NCBI GenBank assembly: GCA_963846575.1 | Contig: CAWJWJ010000001.1 | Location: 384,001 to 448,000, forward strand | Direction: 5' to 3' | DNA from: an uncultured Nitrospiraceae bacterium | GTDB taxonomy: Bacteria; Nitrospirota; Nitrospiria; Nitrospirales; Nitrospiraceae | Length of the DNA: 64,000 nt | Part shown: positions 21,470 to 31,867 of the stretch, one piece after another | Numbering within the stretch: the stretch's first letter is position 1 | Layout: every line of letters starts with the position of its first letter | Translations under genes and position numbers: made by a program | Notes under the pieces: generated by a model | The model's input: only the letters and a program-made list of their open reading frames with translations | What the model was told of the DNA's origin: nothing | Database searches by the model: none

Positions 21470-21799
21470 ATGATCATCCCTTGGGCCACGGCATTGCAGG
21501 TTGCCAAGAAGCTGTTGCCAGTGGTCATTCACAACGCGCCCGACCTGCTCAAAACTTTCGAACGGTATCGCACGGCTTCCCCCGCACCGAACCCGCCGCC
21601 TGTCATGCCGGCGGTGGCAGCACTCCAGGAGCAAATCGAGGCGCATCAGCGGACCATTGCCCTCCAAGCGGACACCATCGTGCAGCTTGAGGCAACCCTG
21701 AGCGTCACAAAACGCTCCTTAACCATTGCCAGGGCCATAACCGCTGTGACGACTCTCCTCTTCATTGCAATAGTTCTATTCCTCGTCCTGAGGTTTTGA
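21470..21799 (+). CDS. Hypothetical membrane protein (coiled coil plus C-terminal TM)
   Basis: GGAGG RBS, 109 aa, hydrophobic C-terminus. Confidence 0.65.
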   Translation: MIIPWATALQVAKKLLPVVIHNAPDLLKTFERYRTASPAPNPPPVMPAVAALQEQIEAHQRTIALQADTIVQLEATLSVTKRSLTIARAITAVTTLLFIAIVLFLVLRF

Positions 21800-21955
21800 G
21801 TCCATTGCCCGTGAAAGGGCATACGCCTAGGCGCCGAAATGATTAATGGTAGGCCAGCGATTTGACGCCGAGATCGTCGGTGGCGCCTTTTCAAAGGCGG
21901 GCAGAGAAGACAGAGAGCGCTTCGCGGAGGCTTACGGGTCAGACCTGGAGGGGGC

Positions 21956-22708
21956 TCAACCGGCGAATTCGTAGTAAAGATCACGAGTCTGGACGAGTTT
22001 AATGAGTTGCAGAGTGCCTGACGGGATTGCTGAAGAAACCCGCTCCCATACAGCCTTTGCCAGGTATTCTCCCGTAACAGCCTGCATGGACAATACAGGG
22101 CGCAAGTCTCGGCCTTCGAACGGCAGTAATACACGTTCCTTCACCAATCGATCGAGCGCCACAATATCTGTGACCATGCCGGTTTCTTGATCGATCGGCC
22201 CATGGACCGTCACGAAGAGGTCCCACGTATGGCCGCGGTGACCGTCATGCACCGCGGTAAACGAATACCGCCTGGTGACCGACGCGACGTCGAGGCCCGC
22301 TTCCGCCGAGAGCTCGGCACAAAGGTCTTCATCTTCGTAGAGACAAATCCTTGTCAACGTGCCGATGTCCGGTTGCGCTTGAAGCTTCGCCCAGAGCACG
22401 CGCGCAATATTCTCGGAGGTCGGAATCTGTCGTTCGAAATAGGACAGATCGAGATTGAGGTGCCTGTGGTCGAACTCCTCCAACACCTGCAGGAGTACGC
22501 GCTTCAAGTCAAAGAGGTTTACCACCATGCCGGTTCGCTGGTCGACTTCGCCCGCAACCGTCACTTCTAGGAGATAGTTATGCCCATGACCCGGATCATT
22601 ATTGCAGGCGCCGAACGTGGCTCGATTCTTTTCGGCATCCCACTCGGGCTTGTGGTACCGGTGAGAGGCGGCGAACTCGATACGTTTGGTGAGCAGGACA
22701 GCAGCCAT
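21956..22708 (-). CDS. queD: Tandem-domain 6-pyruvoyl/6-carboxy-tetrahydropterin synthase
   Basis: FAASHR, CNN..GHGHNY, TGMV, DHRHLN, PTSENIA; degenerate second T-fold domain. Confidence 0.8.
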   Translation of the reverse strand: MAAVLLTKRIEFAASHRYHKPEWDAEKNRATFGACNNDPGHGHNYLLEVTVAGEVDQRTGMVVNLFDLKRVLLQVLEEFDHRHLNLDLSYFERQIPTSENIARVLWAKLQAQPDIGTLTRICLYEDEDLCAELSAEAGLDVASVTRRYSFTAVHDGHRGHTWDLFVTVHGPIDQETGMVTDIVALDRLVKERVLLPFEGRDLRPVLSMQAVTGEYLAKAVWERVSSAIPSGTLQLIKLVQTRDLYYEFAG

Positions 22709-22765
22709 AATAATTGCTTTTAACGGTTGGAGGCTTCGAAAGGAGCCCCTCGTCAGGCCATGGGA

Positions 22766-23350
22766 TTACGTGCCCAAATCAGAAAGCCATTCTTGCCGCA
22801 TCGGCCAGGGCACCTCCGCTTCAGACTCGTAGCCCCCGTGCTGAATCGTGAGCGCCACCCGCGCGGACTGATCCGCCATGGCCAGGACCATTGGAGGTGT
22901 CGGACGGAAACGCACGAAGTGCACGGCACTGATCTTCGTTTCGTGGCTGTGCCCCCCTTCGAACTCACCATAGACCACCTCGCCTCCGGCACGCAGACCG
23001 ACCGTCTGCCCGTGATCCAATCCCATAAAAAGATCAAGCCACTGCTTCATCGTGTCCGGATCCGTGAGTTCGATCAAGAGCGTGGCGCTTAATTCACCGG
23101 GAGCGGGAAGAAGTGCATTATAGACATCCAACTCCTCCTGAATCTTCTTGGAATCGATAATCCGCTCGATCCGAATCATTTCCTGAATCTGAAACCGGAG
23201 CGTCTCCCGGTTCTCAAAGACCAATGTGACCTTGTCCCCGATCGTGATACGCCGACGCCGCTTGAGCGCGATGATAGTTTGCCGGAATGACTCGCGCTGT
23301 TGCTCGTACTGGTCCTGGGGAATCAGTTCTGCGGGGGTCAGAAGTTTCAT
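22766..23350 (-). CDS. DUF3501 family protein
   Basis: FENRET.RFQIQEM.RIE, YN.L.P..GELSATLLIE, SAVHFVRF; rubrerythrin cluster context. Confidence 0.88.
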   Translation of the reverse strand: MKLLTPAELIPQDQYEQQRESFRQTIIALKRRRRITIGDKVTLVFENRETLRFQIQEMIRIERIIDSKKIQEELDVYNALLPAPGELSATLLIELTDPDTMKQWLDLFMGLDHGQTVGLRAGGEVVYGEFEGGHSHETKISAVHFVRFRPTPPMVLAMADQSARVALTIQHGGYESEAEVPWPMRQEWLSDLGT

Positions 23351-23398
23351 TGGCTATCCCGGTTCATCACAACAGTGACTCGGTGTTCGATACACTCT

Positions 23399-24688
23399 TC
23401 ATGAGGCGCAGGGATCGCGCGGCAGACCGTACGCATCGCGCACGATCTGGATCGGGTGCTGCGCCCCCTTGCCTCCAGCATGCGCCGCGGCTCCGGCTTG
23501 GTCAAGTTGAAGTCCGGCCAGCGGGCAATCGGACGCCACCAGGTCGACGGGCGACTGCTCGATCACGCGCACGGCTTTTTGGGCAATCTTCATGGAGAGT
23601 GGAAAATACTCCGTCTTGGCCGACCAGGAACCGTCATGTCCGGAGCACTTTTCTATCACCTCGACCTGAGCCCCCGCACATTCCATCAGTTCCTTCGACT
23701 TAAACCCGATGTTCTGATCACGCAAGTGACAGGGCACCTGATACGCCACCCGGCCGGGCTTCTGGACGAAATCCATGGCCAAGCCCCCTTCGCGCTTAAG
23801 CTTCATAAGGTATTCTGAGACATCATAGGTACGTTCGGCCACCAGCCTCGCATCGTCTCCCGTCACGAGATTGAGATATTCGCGCTTGACCATGAGACTG
23901 CAGCTAGGCGCGGGAATGACGACATCATACCCCTGGTCGATCCATGATTTCAGCGAACTGATATTCCGCTCTGCCGCTGCCACCATTGCCGTCGTATCCC
24001 CGATATCAAAGGACGGCATCCCGCAACAGGACTGATCCGGCAATGCAACCTGCACACCGTTCTTCTCAAGAACCTGCACCGTCGCCTTACCGACATCGGT
24101 CACCTGATAATTGACCAGGCAACTCGCAAACAACGCTACTTTCTTCCCGCCAGACGATACCTTGCTTGAAACCCGCCGGCGCTCCCACCAACGAGCAAAG
24201 GTTTCTCGCTGATAATGCAGGACCTCCCGTTTCCGATGCACGCCGAGAATTGGTTCCAGCACGCCGCGTATCCATGCCTGCCCTAATGCCCAATTGACCA
24301 GCGGTGCGCATGCGCTGTTCACGCGTCCCAGCAGATCGGTCCTGGTCAGCAGCCAGTCCCGCCATTTCGTCCCGCGCTCTCCCGCCAGACGTTTTTTCCA
24401 TACCGCCATCAGGAGAGGAAAGTCGATGCCGTACTGATGGGGCGGTGTGTAAGGGCAATGGTTGAAGCAAAGTTTGCAATAATAACATTCGTCGACAATG
24501 CGGTGATGGTCCGCAGGCTTGAACTTCCTGACGTCGCTGTCAAACTCATCGATTCGGTCCAGCAACGTATTAAAGGACGGGCAGAGATTGAAACAACGGC
24601 GACAACCGTCGCACACATCGTAAATACGTAATGTCTCTCGCTCGAGGGTTGTTGGATCGATTGGTTCCAGCAGACGTAGTTCAGTCAC
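23399..24688 (-). CDS. Rubrerythrin-associated Fe-S oxidoreductase (GlpC-like, CCG domains)
   Basis: [40 protein letters not shown]. Confidence 0.88.
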   Translation of the reverse strand: MTELRLLEPIDPTTLERETLRIYDVCDGCRRCFNLCPSFNTLLDRIDEFDSDVRKFKPADHHRIVDECYYCKLCFNHCPYTPPHQYGIDFPLLMAVWKKRLAGERGTKWRDWLLTRTDLLGRVNSACAPLVNWALGQAWIRGVLEPILGVHRKREVLHYQRETFARWWERRRVSSKVSSGGKKVALFASCLVNYQVTDVGKATVQVLEKNGVQVALPDQSCCGMPSFDIGDTTAMVAAAERNISSLKSWIDQGYDVVIPAPSCSLMVKREYLNLVTGDDARLVAERTYDVSEYLMKLKREGGLAMDFVQKPGRVAYQVPCHLRDQNIGFKSKELMECAGAQVEVIEKCSGHDGSWSAKTEYFPLSMKIAQKAVRVIEQSPVDLVASDCPLAGLQLDQAGAAAHAGGKGAQHPIQIVRDAYGLPRDPCAS

Positions 24689-24800
24689 AAAGAAACATCC
24701 TTATTCGAAGCCTGACAATACGGCGACCGCGCGGGACAGGCCGGCCAGACCTCCGACCCATCCCGTCCCGATCACCCGACGGCCGGGCTCTCAGTAGACC

Positions 24801-25226
24801 CTACTGCTTCAAGCTATCGAGGCCCTTCGTAAACCGGTTCGCATGGGATCGCTCGGCTTTCGCCAACGTTTCAAACCACTCGGCCAATTCTGAGAAGCCC
24901 TCATCCCGAGCGGTCTTGGCCATCCCGGGGTACATCTGCGTATATTCGTAGGTCTCTCCTTCAATGGCAGACTTCAAGTTGGCTTCCGTATTTCCGATCG
25001 GCACTCCGGTAGCGGGATCGCCGACTTCTTTCAGGAAATCCAAATGTCCGAATGCATGGCCCGTTTCTGCCTCGGACGTATCACGAAACAATCCGCCGAC
25101 ATCCGGGTATCCCTCGATGTCAGCTCGACGCGCGAAGTAAAGGTACCGCCGGTTGGCTTGTGATTCTCCCGCGAATGCGTGCTTCAGGTTCTCGTGACTC
25201 TTGGTGCCTTTCAAACTGTTTCCCAT
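24801..25226 (-). CDS. rbr: Rubrerythrin (short, no rubredoxin domain)
   Basis: [36 protein letters not shown]. Confidence 0.93.
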   Translation of the reverse strand: MGNSLKGTKSHENLKHAFAGESQANRRYLYFARRADIEGYPDVGGLFRDTSEAETGHAFGHLDFLKEVGDPATGVPIGNTEANLKSAIEGETYEYTQMYPGMAKTARDEGFSELAEWFETLAKAERSHANRFTKGLDSLKQ

Positions 25227-25254
25227 ACTATCCTCCTTAGCCTATGATGACGAC

Positions 25255-25722
25255 TTACTGTTCTAGTCCACCCTCTCGGGAGACCTTGAGCCTGGCCCGC
25301 TGACAGTCCGCGCAATATCCGTGAAACTCCACCTGGTGGCCGACAATATGGAATCCTCTGGCCTGGTCGCTATTGATCGCCAGTTGATTCAGCCCTTCGT
25401 CCATGACGTCTTCGATCCGGTGGCAGGCCGAGCAAATTAAGTGATGGTGCACCATCACATTCCCGTCGAACCTCGCGACGTCGTGACCTACATTCACTTC
25501 GCGCACCAGACCAGCCTGCCGCAAAATACCAAGGGTTGAATAGACGGTGTTGCGAGAAATTCTCGGATAACGTCGTTTAACCTCCCGGTAGAGATCATTG
25601 GCAGTTGGGTGGCTCGTAGTCCTTTCCAGCGCCGTGTAGATCGCCGCGCGCTGCCTGGTCAGACGAACCGCATGCCGGCGAAAACGCTCGTAAAGTTGCT
25701 CGTGCGTAATTCTCATGTCCAT
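25255..25722 (-). CDS. Fur family regulator (PerR-like)
   Basis: RLTRQR, HPTA, TVYSTL, HHHLICSAC, GYCADC; upstream of rubrerythrin. Confidence 0.9.
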   Translation of the reverse strand: MDMRITHEQLYERFRRHAVRLTRQRAAIYTALERTTSHPTANDLYREVKRRYPRISRNTVYSTLGILRQAGLVREVNVGHDVARFDGNVMVHHHLICSACHRIEDVMDEGLNQLAINSDQARGFHIVGHQVEFHGYCADCQRARLKVSREGGLEQ

Positions 25723-25728
25723 CTATCC

Positions 25729-25741
25729 AGGAATGATTCCT
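25729..25741. promoter_or_regulatory. Candidate PerR/Fur-family operator (6-1-6 palindrome)
   Basis: AGGAAT-G-ATTCCT perfect inverted repeat 7 nt upstream of the regulator start. Confidence 0.5.
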
Positions 25742-25954
25742 ACATAGCATGGAGAGCGCTCGCGCGGCAAGGCTAGAGAGTCGGTCGGTTTGCATATTCG
25801 CGCGTGATAATTCCTAGGAAAGTGGACTGGCGCTAACAGCTCGAAATGATGCGAACTACAGTAGATGCAGAAATGAGGTCGGAAGTTTCAATCCGCGGTA
25901 CCATCATAAGGAGCAGTGAAGACCTGTCTGGCCTACACCCCGGCCATGACCCCT

Positions 25955-26500
25955 TTAGCAAGGAAGCTCCTGCATCATGTCCGCGAGACACTTGTATGCT
26001 TGATCCTTGGCCGAGATTAAGGGAGTCGTCACGGGCCAGGCAATGGCCAAGGCCGGATCATTCCACACAATGCCCCGCTCATCAGCCGGCGAGTACACTT
26101 CGGTGCACTTGTAGAGGAATCCCGCTTCTTCGCTCAGCACACAAAACCCATGGGCAAACCCCGGAGGGATATACAATTGCCGCAGGTTCACATCGGACAA
26201 CTCGACTCCGTACCATTGCCCGAAGGTGGGTGACCCCTTCCGGATATCGACCGCCACATCGTACACAGCGCCCTTTACGACCGTGACAAGTTTCCCTTGT
26301 GGCCGACTCAATTGATAGTGGAGTCCGCGCAGTGCCCCCCGTACGGACCATGAAAAGTTGTCTTGAACAAAACGCGTGCTGATGCCCGCCGCGTCGTAGC
26401 GCGCTTCGTGAAAAATCTCGACGAATTTTCCCCGTGCATCCCCGAAGACGGCGGGTTCGATCTGCACGAGGCCCTTGAGCGGTGTCGGGACAATTTGCAT
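25955..26500 (-). CDS. rfbC: dTDP-4-dehydrorhamnose 3,5-epimerase
   Basis: FGDARG.F, FVQDN.S.S, LRGLHYQ, DIRKGSPTFG, GFAHGF; start after AGGAG. Confidence 0.95.
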   Translation of the reverse strand: MQIVPTPLKGLVQIEPAVFGDARGKFVEIFHEARYDAAGISTRFVQDNFSWSVRGALRGLHYQLSRPQGKLVTVVKGAVYDVAVDIRKGSPTFGQWYGVELSDVNLRQLYIPPGFAHGFCVLSEEAGFLYKCTEVYSPADERGIVWNDPALAIAWPVTTPLISAKDQAYKCLADMMQELPC

Positions 26501-26732
26501 GGCAACTCCTGCATCTTCCTCAGGCCCGGGCGCCCATCTTACCCCGTTCCCTTCCCAGGAGAAAGCGGCGCGGACAATCCATCGCACATTTCGTGTTCCA
26601 TGAAGACGGTCGGTACTCGTGACTCGTTCGGTGTCGTCCCTCCCCTTCCTATGCACATGTCTGATTCCAGCGCCTCAGGCGCACACGGCTTGGTCTGCCA
26701 GGTTGGGAACTTAGGATGCGAGTGGATTGCAG

Positions 26733-27134
26733 TTAGTTTCTATCGGAGGGATGGGATGTGGGCGGTGGATCCGGATACAGCTTTTGCAGACGATCGATCA
26801 ATGGCTCAGCGGCAGGGCTGCTGTGTTGCGTCGGATCGCTGGGAGCATGGTCCCAGGTCAGGGCAGAAATTTCCGCCTCCGCAAAAATCTGGCGGATGGT
26901 GGCTACCAGCGCATCAAGCGTCAATTCCGTGCCAAAACGGAGATCCAGCACCCGTTCGCGCGGATTGCTCGGTGGGGGATCCGTGCTGACTAGAGCCCAA
27001 CAGCTGTCAAAAACCCTACGACGCAGGTCTTCCGGCACGTTCAACGTTGAGAGGCCGGATGTGCATAGGGCAGATACCAACAGGACAAATTGTAGGTCCG
27101 GCATACCGGGACGCTGGATATTTAGGGTTTGCAT
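26733..27134 (-). CDS. Hypothetical protein
   Basis: Protein-like ORF filling the gap; start uncertain. Confidence 0.55.
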   Translation of the reverse strand: MQTLNIQRPGMPDLQFVLLVSALCTSGLSTLNVPEDLRRRVFDSCWALVSTDPPPSNPRERVLDLRFGTELTLDALVATIRQIFAEAEISALTWDHAPSDPTQHSSPAAEPLIDRLQKLYPDPPPTSHPSDRN

Positions 27135-27236
27135 AGTGATATTATTAATCGCGGCGGCTGGGGGAGTCAATTTCCTCCACGCAGCCTCGATACGCCGCTA
27201 ATCCGAGTGCCATTCTGACCGAGAGGACCAGGCCAC

Positions 27237-27509
27237 ATGATTACGATTACGCTGATGGGACAGCTACAAACAACAGATGGCGAGCGGGATTTGGCCTGTG
27301 AGGTTCCTGCCCCACTAAGCGTGCGGCAGGTGATTCAACGGCAGGGTCGTGGGCTTCGCCACATGTTGCAACTTTTGCGTGAAAAAAAAGTGCTCGTCAC
27401 CATCAATAAACGCATAGCCAGCGAAGATTCCCTCGTACAGGACGGGGACGCCGTGCGCTTCGTGGGACACGACGGTGCCGGTGGAAGTGGACTCGCCCCT
27501 TCGTTTTAG
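27237..27509 (+). CDS. MoaD/ThiS family ubiquitin-like protein
   Basis: 90-aa beta-grasp pattern (VTIN....ED..VQDGDAVRF); GG internal, not terminal. Confidence 0.7.
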   Translation: MITITLMGQLQTTDGERDLACEVPAPLSVRQVIQRQGRGLRHMLQLLREKKVLVTINKRIASEDSLVQDGDAVRFVGHDGAGGSGLAPSF

Positions 27510-27562
27510 ACACAACGTTATGCGTACGCGCTCCGCGACATGCGGAGGGCATATATCCAGGC

Positions 27563-27609
27563 AAAAAATAGAAGGGCCGATGCCCCACATTCGGGGGCAT
27601 CGGCCCTTC
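27563..27609 (-). terminator. Rho-independent terminator of HU gene
   Basis: 16-bp perfect stem GAAGGGCCGATGCCCC/GGGGCATCGGCCCTTC followed by TATTTTTT on the minus strand. Confidence 0.8.
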
Positions 27610-27639
27610 CCTTAAACAGGGCATAAGGAAGGAGGCTGG

Positions 27640-27927
27640 TTACTTCTTTCCGAGAATTGAATCCTTGGCCATCTTGGCGACGCGAAACTTCACCACCCGC
27701 TTCGCCGGAATCTTGATCGGCTCACCCGTCTGTGGATTCCGGCCCATGCGCGCCTTCCGATTGGCAAGCACCAGTTTCCCGATGCCCGGCACGACGAAGG
27801 CATTCTTCGCTTCTCGATAGGCTAGGGCGGCGAAATCATCCAGGAATTGGACGGCCGTCTTTTTTGTAATCCCCGCCTTTCCAGCAAGATGGTCGGCAAT
27901 CTGCGATTTCGTCATCGATTTGGCCAT
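27640..27927 (-). CDS. hup: HU family DNA-binding protein
   Basis: RKARMGRNPQTGEPIKIPAKRVVKF. Confidence 0.95.
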   Translation of the reverse strand: MAKSMTKSQIADHLAGKAGITKKTAVQFLDDFAALAYREAKNAFVVPGIGKLVLANRKARMGRNPQTGEPIKIPAKRVVKFRVAKMAKDSILGKK

Positions 27928-28056
27928 GCGTTCCTCCCTTTGAACAACGAATGAAGTGAACTGAGTGTGCGGTCTGTGATCTGTGAACTCGTACGTGCAG
28001 AGGTGGAGCCGGGAATCTGCGCCTGTCCTGCATAATTAGCCCGAAAACAGGGCGAG

Positions 28057-28085
28057 AGTGTATCCAAAGCCCTAGGGGCTGTCAA
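28057..28085 (-). promoter_or_regulatory. sigma70 promoter for hup
   Basis: TTGACA-17 nt-TACACT on the minus strand. Confidence 0.65.
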
Positions 28086-28222
28086 GAGCCGCAAAGTGGA
28101 TATAGGCGCGTCCCAACGGGCGATCAGCGCGATTCATGCCCTTGCGCGACACCCCGGCTGCGGAGTAGAGTAGGCTCACGGACGACGGTAGATGGCATTA
28201 TTGAGGATCACGAGGCAGCTTC

Positions 28223-28783
28223 ATGGGCAAACAACTTCCTATTCTTCCCTCTGCAACACAACCGGCCGAGGGTGCTGCGGCTGAAGCAGTCATCTACTCC
28301 CGTGTCTTTTGCAAGAACGAGAATGCCCCGCCGCTGCGACTGCTCGTGGACTTTCTGAAATCGCGCGGACAGCTCCCGATTCTCCCCCCTGACTTGGACG
28401 ACGCGTTACTGGATGAATGGGCCTGGGTTCAGATTGTTCTGGGGTATGCACAAGAGCGAAAGCCGATTAATGTGTTTTGCGTTCGCGATCGCGGGAGCTA
28501 TCAAGACCTGTTCGAGCAAGAGCAGAAGCTGTTTCTTGAAACGCTTTCGTCCTATGACGATATCGAAGCTAGCCTGGCCCAGGAGCATGTAACCCGGGCT
28601 CGATTCATCATCTCAACACGTATGATCGAGACCGACGTGACCGAGGAAGGTTACGACTTCAATGGATGGATCCTTGAATTTTTCCAAGAACATTGCAACG
28701 GCATTGTGCAGATTGATCGACAAGGATTTTTCTCTCCAAAGGGGGAACTCATCGTCGATCTCTCCCCGCCAGAAGTAGAATAG
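28223..28783 (+). CDS. Hypothetical acidic protein
   Basis: 186-aa ORF with GAGG RBS, 5 nt before the next gene. Confidence 0.7.
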   Translation: MGKQLPILPSATQPAEGAAAEAVIYSRVFCKNENAPPLRLLVDFLKSRGQLPILPPDLDDALLDEWAWVQIVLGYAQERKPINVFCVRDRGSYQDLFEQEQKLFLETLSSYDDIEASLAQEHVTRARFIISTRMIETDVTEEGYDFNGWILEFFQEHCNGIVQIDRQGFFSPKGELIVDLSPPEVE

Positions 28784-28788
28784 GTCCC

Positions 28789-29418
28789 ATGGGGGCGCCC
28801 TCGTCCGGCTTTTTACCCCTGCCCTTGTTTCAGCAAGCCGACTCCTGGTTCCGAAGGGCCAAGGCCTCACTCCTCAGTGCCATACCTTGCTGCCAAGGGT
28901 GCAGCGCCTGTTGCATCGGCATTTTCCCCGTCACCCGTTTGGACACCCTAGAACTGCGCCGCGGCCTCGATATGCTACCGACTGCACAGCAGGACGTCAT
29001 TGCTTCACGTGCCCGCGCACAAGTCGAGGCGCTCGAATCCGCCTATCCACTCCTTCGATCCAAACCAGCCTTAGACGGTTTTGATGACCGTATCATCGAC
29101 GATATGGTTGAACAATTCGCCGATCTTCCTTGCCCTGCTCTGGATCCAGACGGCACCTGCGGGATCTATGCGTTCCGGCCCCTGACCTGTCGAACTATGG
29201 GCATACCTATCGACTCAGAGGGTCTGGTGCACGGGGCCTGTGCTGTGCAAACAGCTGTCCCCATTATCTCTCTTTCATCAAGCATTCGAACCGAGGCGGG
29301 GAGGCTGGCGGAGTATGAAGCCGTGGCATTGTCGATCGTGAGCAGAGCTCAACCGGGTGCGGGCGATGAGGTCCTTCTGCCCTACGGGTTTCTGCCAGAT
29401 CACCACTCAACTCCCTAG
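28789..29418 (+). CDS. YkgJ family cysteine-cluster protein
   Basis: CCQGCSACC, CPAL...C.IY..RPLTCR. Confidence 0.85.
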   Translation: MGAPSSGFLPLPLFQQADSWFRRAKASLLSAIPCCQGCSACCIGIFPVTRLDTLELRRGLDMLPTAQQDVIASRARAQVEALESAYPLLRSKPALDGFDDRIIDDMVEQFADLPCPALDPDGTCGIYAFRPLTCRTMGIPIDSEGLVHGACAVQTAVPIISLSSSIRTEAGRLAEYEAVALSIVSRAQPGAGDEVLLPYGFLPDHHSTP

Positions 29419-29465
29419 ACAGCTATAGAAACGCTATGCTAATGTGACGGATCTGATCGGCGGGA

Positions 29466-29542
29466 GCGCCTGTAGCTCAGTTGGATAGAGCATCAGCCTC
29501 CGGAGCTGAGGGCCACAGGTTCAAATCCTGTCAGGCGCACCA
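29466..29542 (+). tRNA. tRNA-Arg (anticodon CCG)
   Basis: GCGCCTG acceptor, TCAGC-CTCCGGA-GCTGA arm, GGTTCAAATCC, CCA end. Confidence 0.96.
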
Positions 29543-29587
29543 TTCACTCCGACAGGCACATCACGATCGATACATACCGCACCGGTG

Positions 29588-29663
<76 letters not shown>

Positions 29664-29689
29664 TTTTTCAAAAACGTACGTACTTCGAT

Positions 29690-30090
29690 CCCTCCCCGAA
29701 ACCCAGCAACACTTTGTTCACCAGAATCGTTCGCCGCTCCGTTCTTCGCTCGGAAGAGGGTCACGGCTCGACTGGTGAAGTCAGCGTGTCGCCATCTGAG
29801 TTCCAGGATCTCACCCATCGGCATCCGATTTCTAAGGCAAGGGTCACTTGGTTCTGGAAGCAGGATGCACAGAGACACTGAGCAGTCTCCGCTCCTATCC
29901 GGATCCGACCAGCGATGGCGCTTGTTGGTTTCCTTTTCCATGGACACCCGTGAGACGGAATTCTGATGACACCATCCCCACTCGCGCATGGCCAGATTAA
30001 ACGCTTCTTAATTGGCCATCCCGATTGATCTTCGCCGGAGCCACCCCATCTCTTCGCGCGTATGGCCGTGTAGGCCCTGATCATCTTCGT
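29690..30090 (-). pseudogene. Tyrosine integrase remnant (frameshifted, truncated)
   Basis: Fragments in different frames: ..NLAMREWGWC..NSVSRVSMEKETNKRHRW, VTLALEIG, GEILELRWRHADF..RAVTLFRAKNG; directly 3' of tRNA-Lys; boundaries approximate. Confidence 0.75.
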
Positions 30091-30295
30091 CGTAATTTCG
30101 GCAAGCTCTCGTAGATTTAAACCGTCCGTGAGTCCGCCACACTATCCGACTGACACTCTGGATTCAGAGCTAGACGACCAAGAACCACGATATTTCTGCA
30201 GCTGCTTACCGGAATTGCGGGGCAGCCCGCCACTTGCAACTCATCCAGGCGTCGGCTTAACCTTAGTTCACCACCGATTACACGCAGGAGTAGAG

Positions 30296-30982
30296 ATGAT
30301 AAAAAAAGAGGGTGGTTCTTCTGCCCGTTCTGCGTGTTATCCGCTCATCCCGATTCTCTTTCTGCTCGGCTCGTTCGTGCTCCTTTCATTCCATATGAAT
30401 CGAAGTCAAGCCGACGCCGCAGGCGGAGGCCAGACGAAGTTCAGGCGCCTATCGACACAATACATCGCGGCGTTGGGCGATCCAGGCGCGACCTCCGGGG
30501 GCGGCGCGCAATCGTGGGGTCTGTGGCCTCTGGACCCGGGTCCCCGGGGCGTCGAGCTCAGCAGCTATAAACGGTTGCAGGATACAGGTGGCAGTGCCCC
30601 GGCAGGTTGGACATTCAAGGGCACCGACTGGTGGCTGGAGGAACATGGCTTGATCATGGAGCAACCGACCTTTCCGCTCCCCCCCGGTAAATACGTGGTC
30701 ACGGGTGCCCGCGACGTGACGGCTGTACTGACCATTCATCCCGGCGATAGAAATGGCGACAGACGCTGGGAGCTTGATAACGGCGCGACGCTCTACGACG
30801 TGACGCACCTGGCCTGCCGCTCTGCGCGCTATACACCCGCGGCGCTTGGCGGTTCGTGCTCGCCGGCAAACGCGCAACAGACTACATTTCCAGTTGTGCC
30901 AGGGGGAGCGATGCCTCCGGTTGAAGGCTGCACAAAGCAGGACTACGCGGTTCTGATCGTGACCGGGGTGGGCGTAGACTGA
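30296..30982 (+). CDS. Hypothetical exported or membrane-anchored protein
   Basis: AGGAG RBS; hydrophobic N-terminal segment; Trp/Gly-rich globular domain (WGLW..DPGPRGV, DWWLEEHGLIME, YDVTHL.CRSARY). Confidence 0.75.
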   Translation: MIKKEGGSSARSACYPLIPILFLLGSFVLLSFHMNRSQADAAGGGQTKFRRLSTQYIAALGDPGATSGGGAQSWGLWPLDPGPRGVELSSYKRLQDTGGSAPAGWTFKGTDWWLEEHGLIMEQPTFPLPPGKYVVTGARDVTAVLTIHPGDRNGDRRWELDNGATLYDVTHLACRSARYTPAALGGSCSPANAQQTTFPVVPGGAMPPVEGCTKQDYAVLIVTGVGVD

Positions 30983-31285
30983 ACGCGGTGACGCCCCGGC
31001 GGTTGGCGCGGCCGACTCGCCAGAATGGTCTCCGGGCCTAAACCGTCAAGAATTGTCGAACCACCACCAAGTCCCAACATCGGTTCCCCCTGGCCGCAAA
31101 CATTGTAGTCGCCTACCCGGGTGTCCACCGAATTGGGGAAGGTCAGTTGTACGTGAGATGGCCCCCGACCACAGACTTTGCAAGTGACATGGCGACCAAC
31201 GTCCGGACGGGGTCTCTGTTCGTATTGCACCAGAATCACGCACTTCCCGATCGCTACAGATAAGCGCTCGGATCCCGAATCATGG

Positions 31286-31867
31286 TTAAGCTGCCGTTTG
31301 TCGCACCGCCGCCAGCCCCATCCAGTCTTCCATGTCTTGATCTGGTTTTTCTGCCCGATACTTGGAATAGAGCGTGACGCCTTCGGGATCTTCCAAGATA
31401 TCCACCTGAACACCCTTCTGGCGGAGCAGGGCTTCGTTGCCCGATGCGCTTGTCACATCACCCACGACCACTCTGCTGAACTGGCGCATATAGATTAACG
31501 TCGCACACACATCACAGGGACTCAAAGTCGTAAACAGTGTCGTCAGACTGAAATCGCGGCGCCCCGCATCCCGTATCGCGGAGGTTTCCCCATGATTGTA
31601 AGGATGGTTTTCCTGCACAAGGGTGTTATGCCCCTTGCCTAATATTTGACGGGTTGCATTGCTGACCACCACACCACCAATCGGACAGCCGCCCTCCTTG
31701 TATCCCTTTTGCGCCAGCATAACCGCGATCCGCATGAAGTCCTTGTCTGTGAGCTTCTTAAAGAATCCTTCTTCGACGATCTCCGTCAGGCTTGTGGTTG
31801 GAAGGTGGGCAATAATTTTCAATACCCCGTCCGTCACAGGCGTGCTCTGAGTGATAAAAACTTTCAT
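31286..31867 (-). CDS. Zn-dependent nucleobase/nucleoside deaminase (cytosine deaminase-like)
   Basis: EGGCPIG, GHN, HGE, TLSPCDVC, W.EDW-like C-terminus. Confidence 0.88.
   Translation of the reverse strand: MKVFITQSTPVTDGVLKIIAHLPTTSLTEIVEEGFFKKLTDKDFMRIAVMLAQKGYKEGGCPIGGVVVSNATRQILGKGHNTLVQENHPYNHGETSAIRDAGRRDFSLTTLFTTLSPCDVCATLIYMRQFSRVVVGDVTSASGNEALLRQKGVQVDILEDPEGVTLYSKYRAEKPDQDMEDWMGLAAVRQTAA

Noticed and set aside
30983..31285. Short Cys-containing ORFs between the islet genes
   Set aside because: No convincing start, RBS or family motif.
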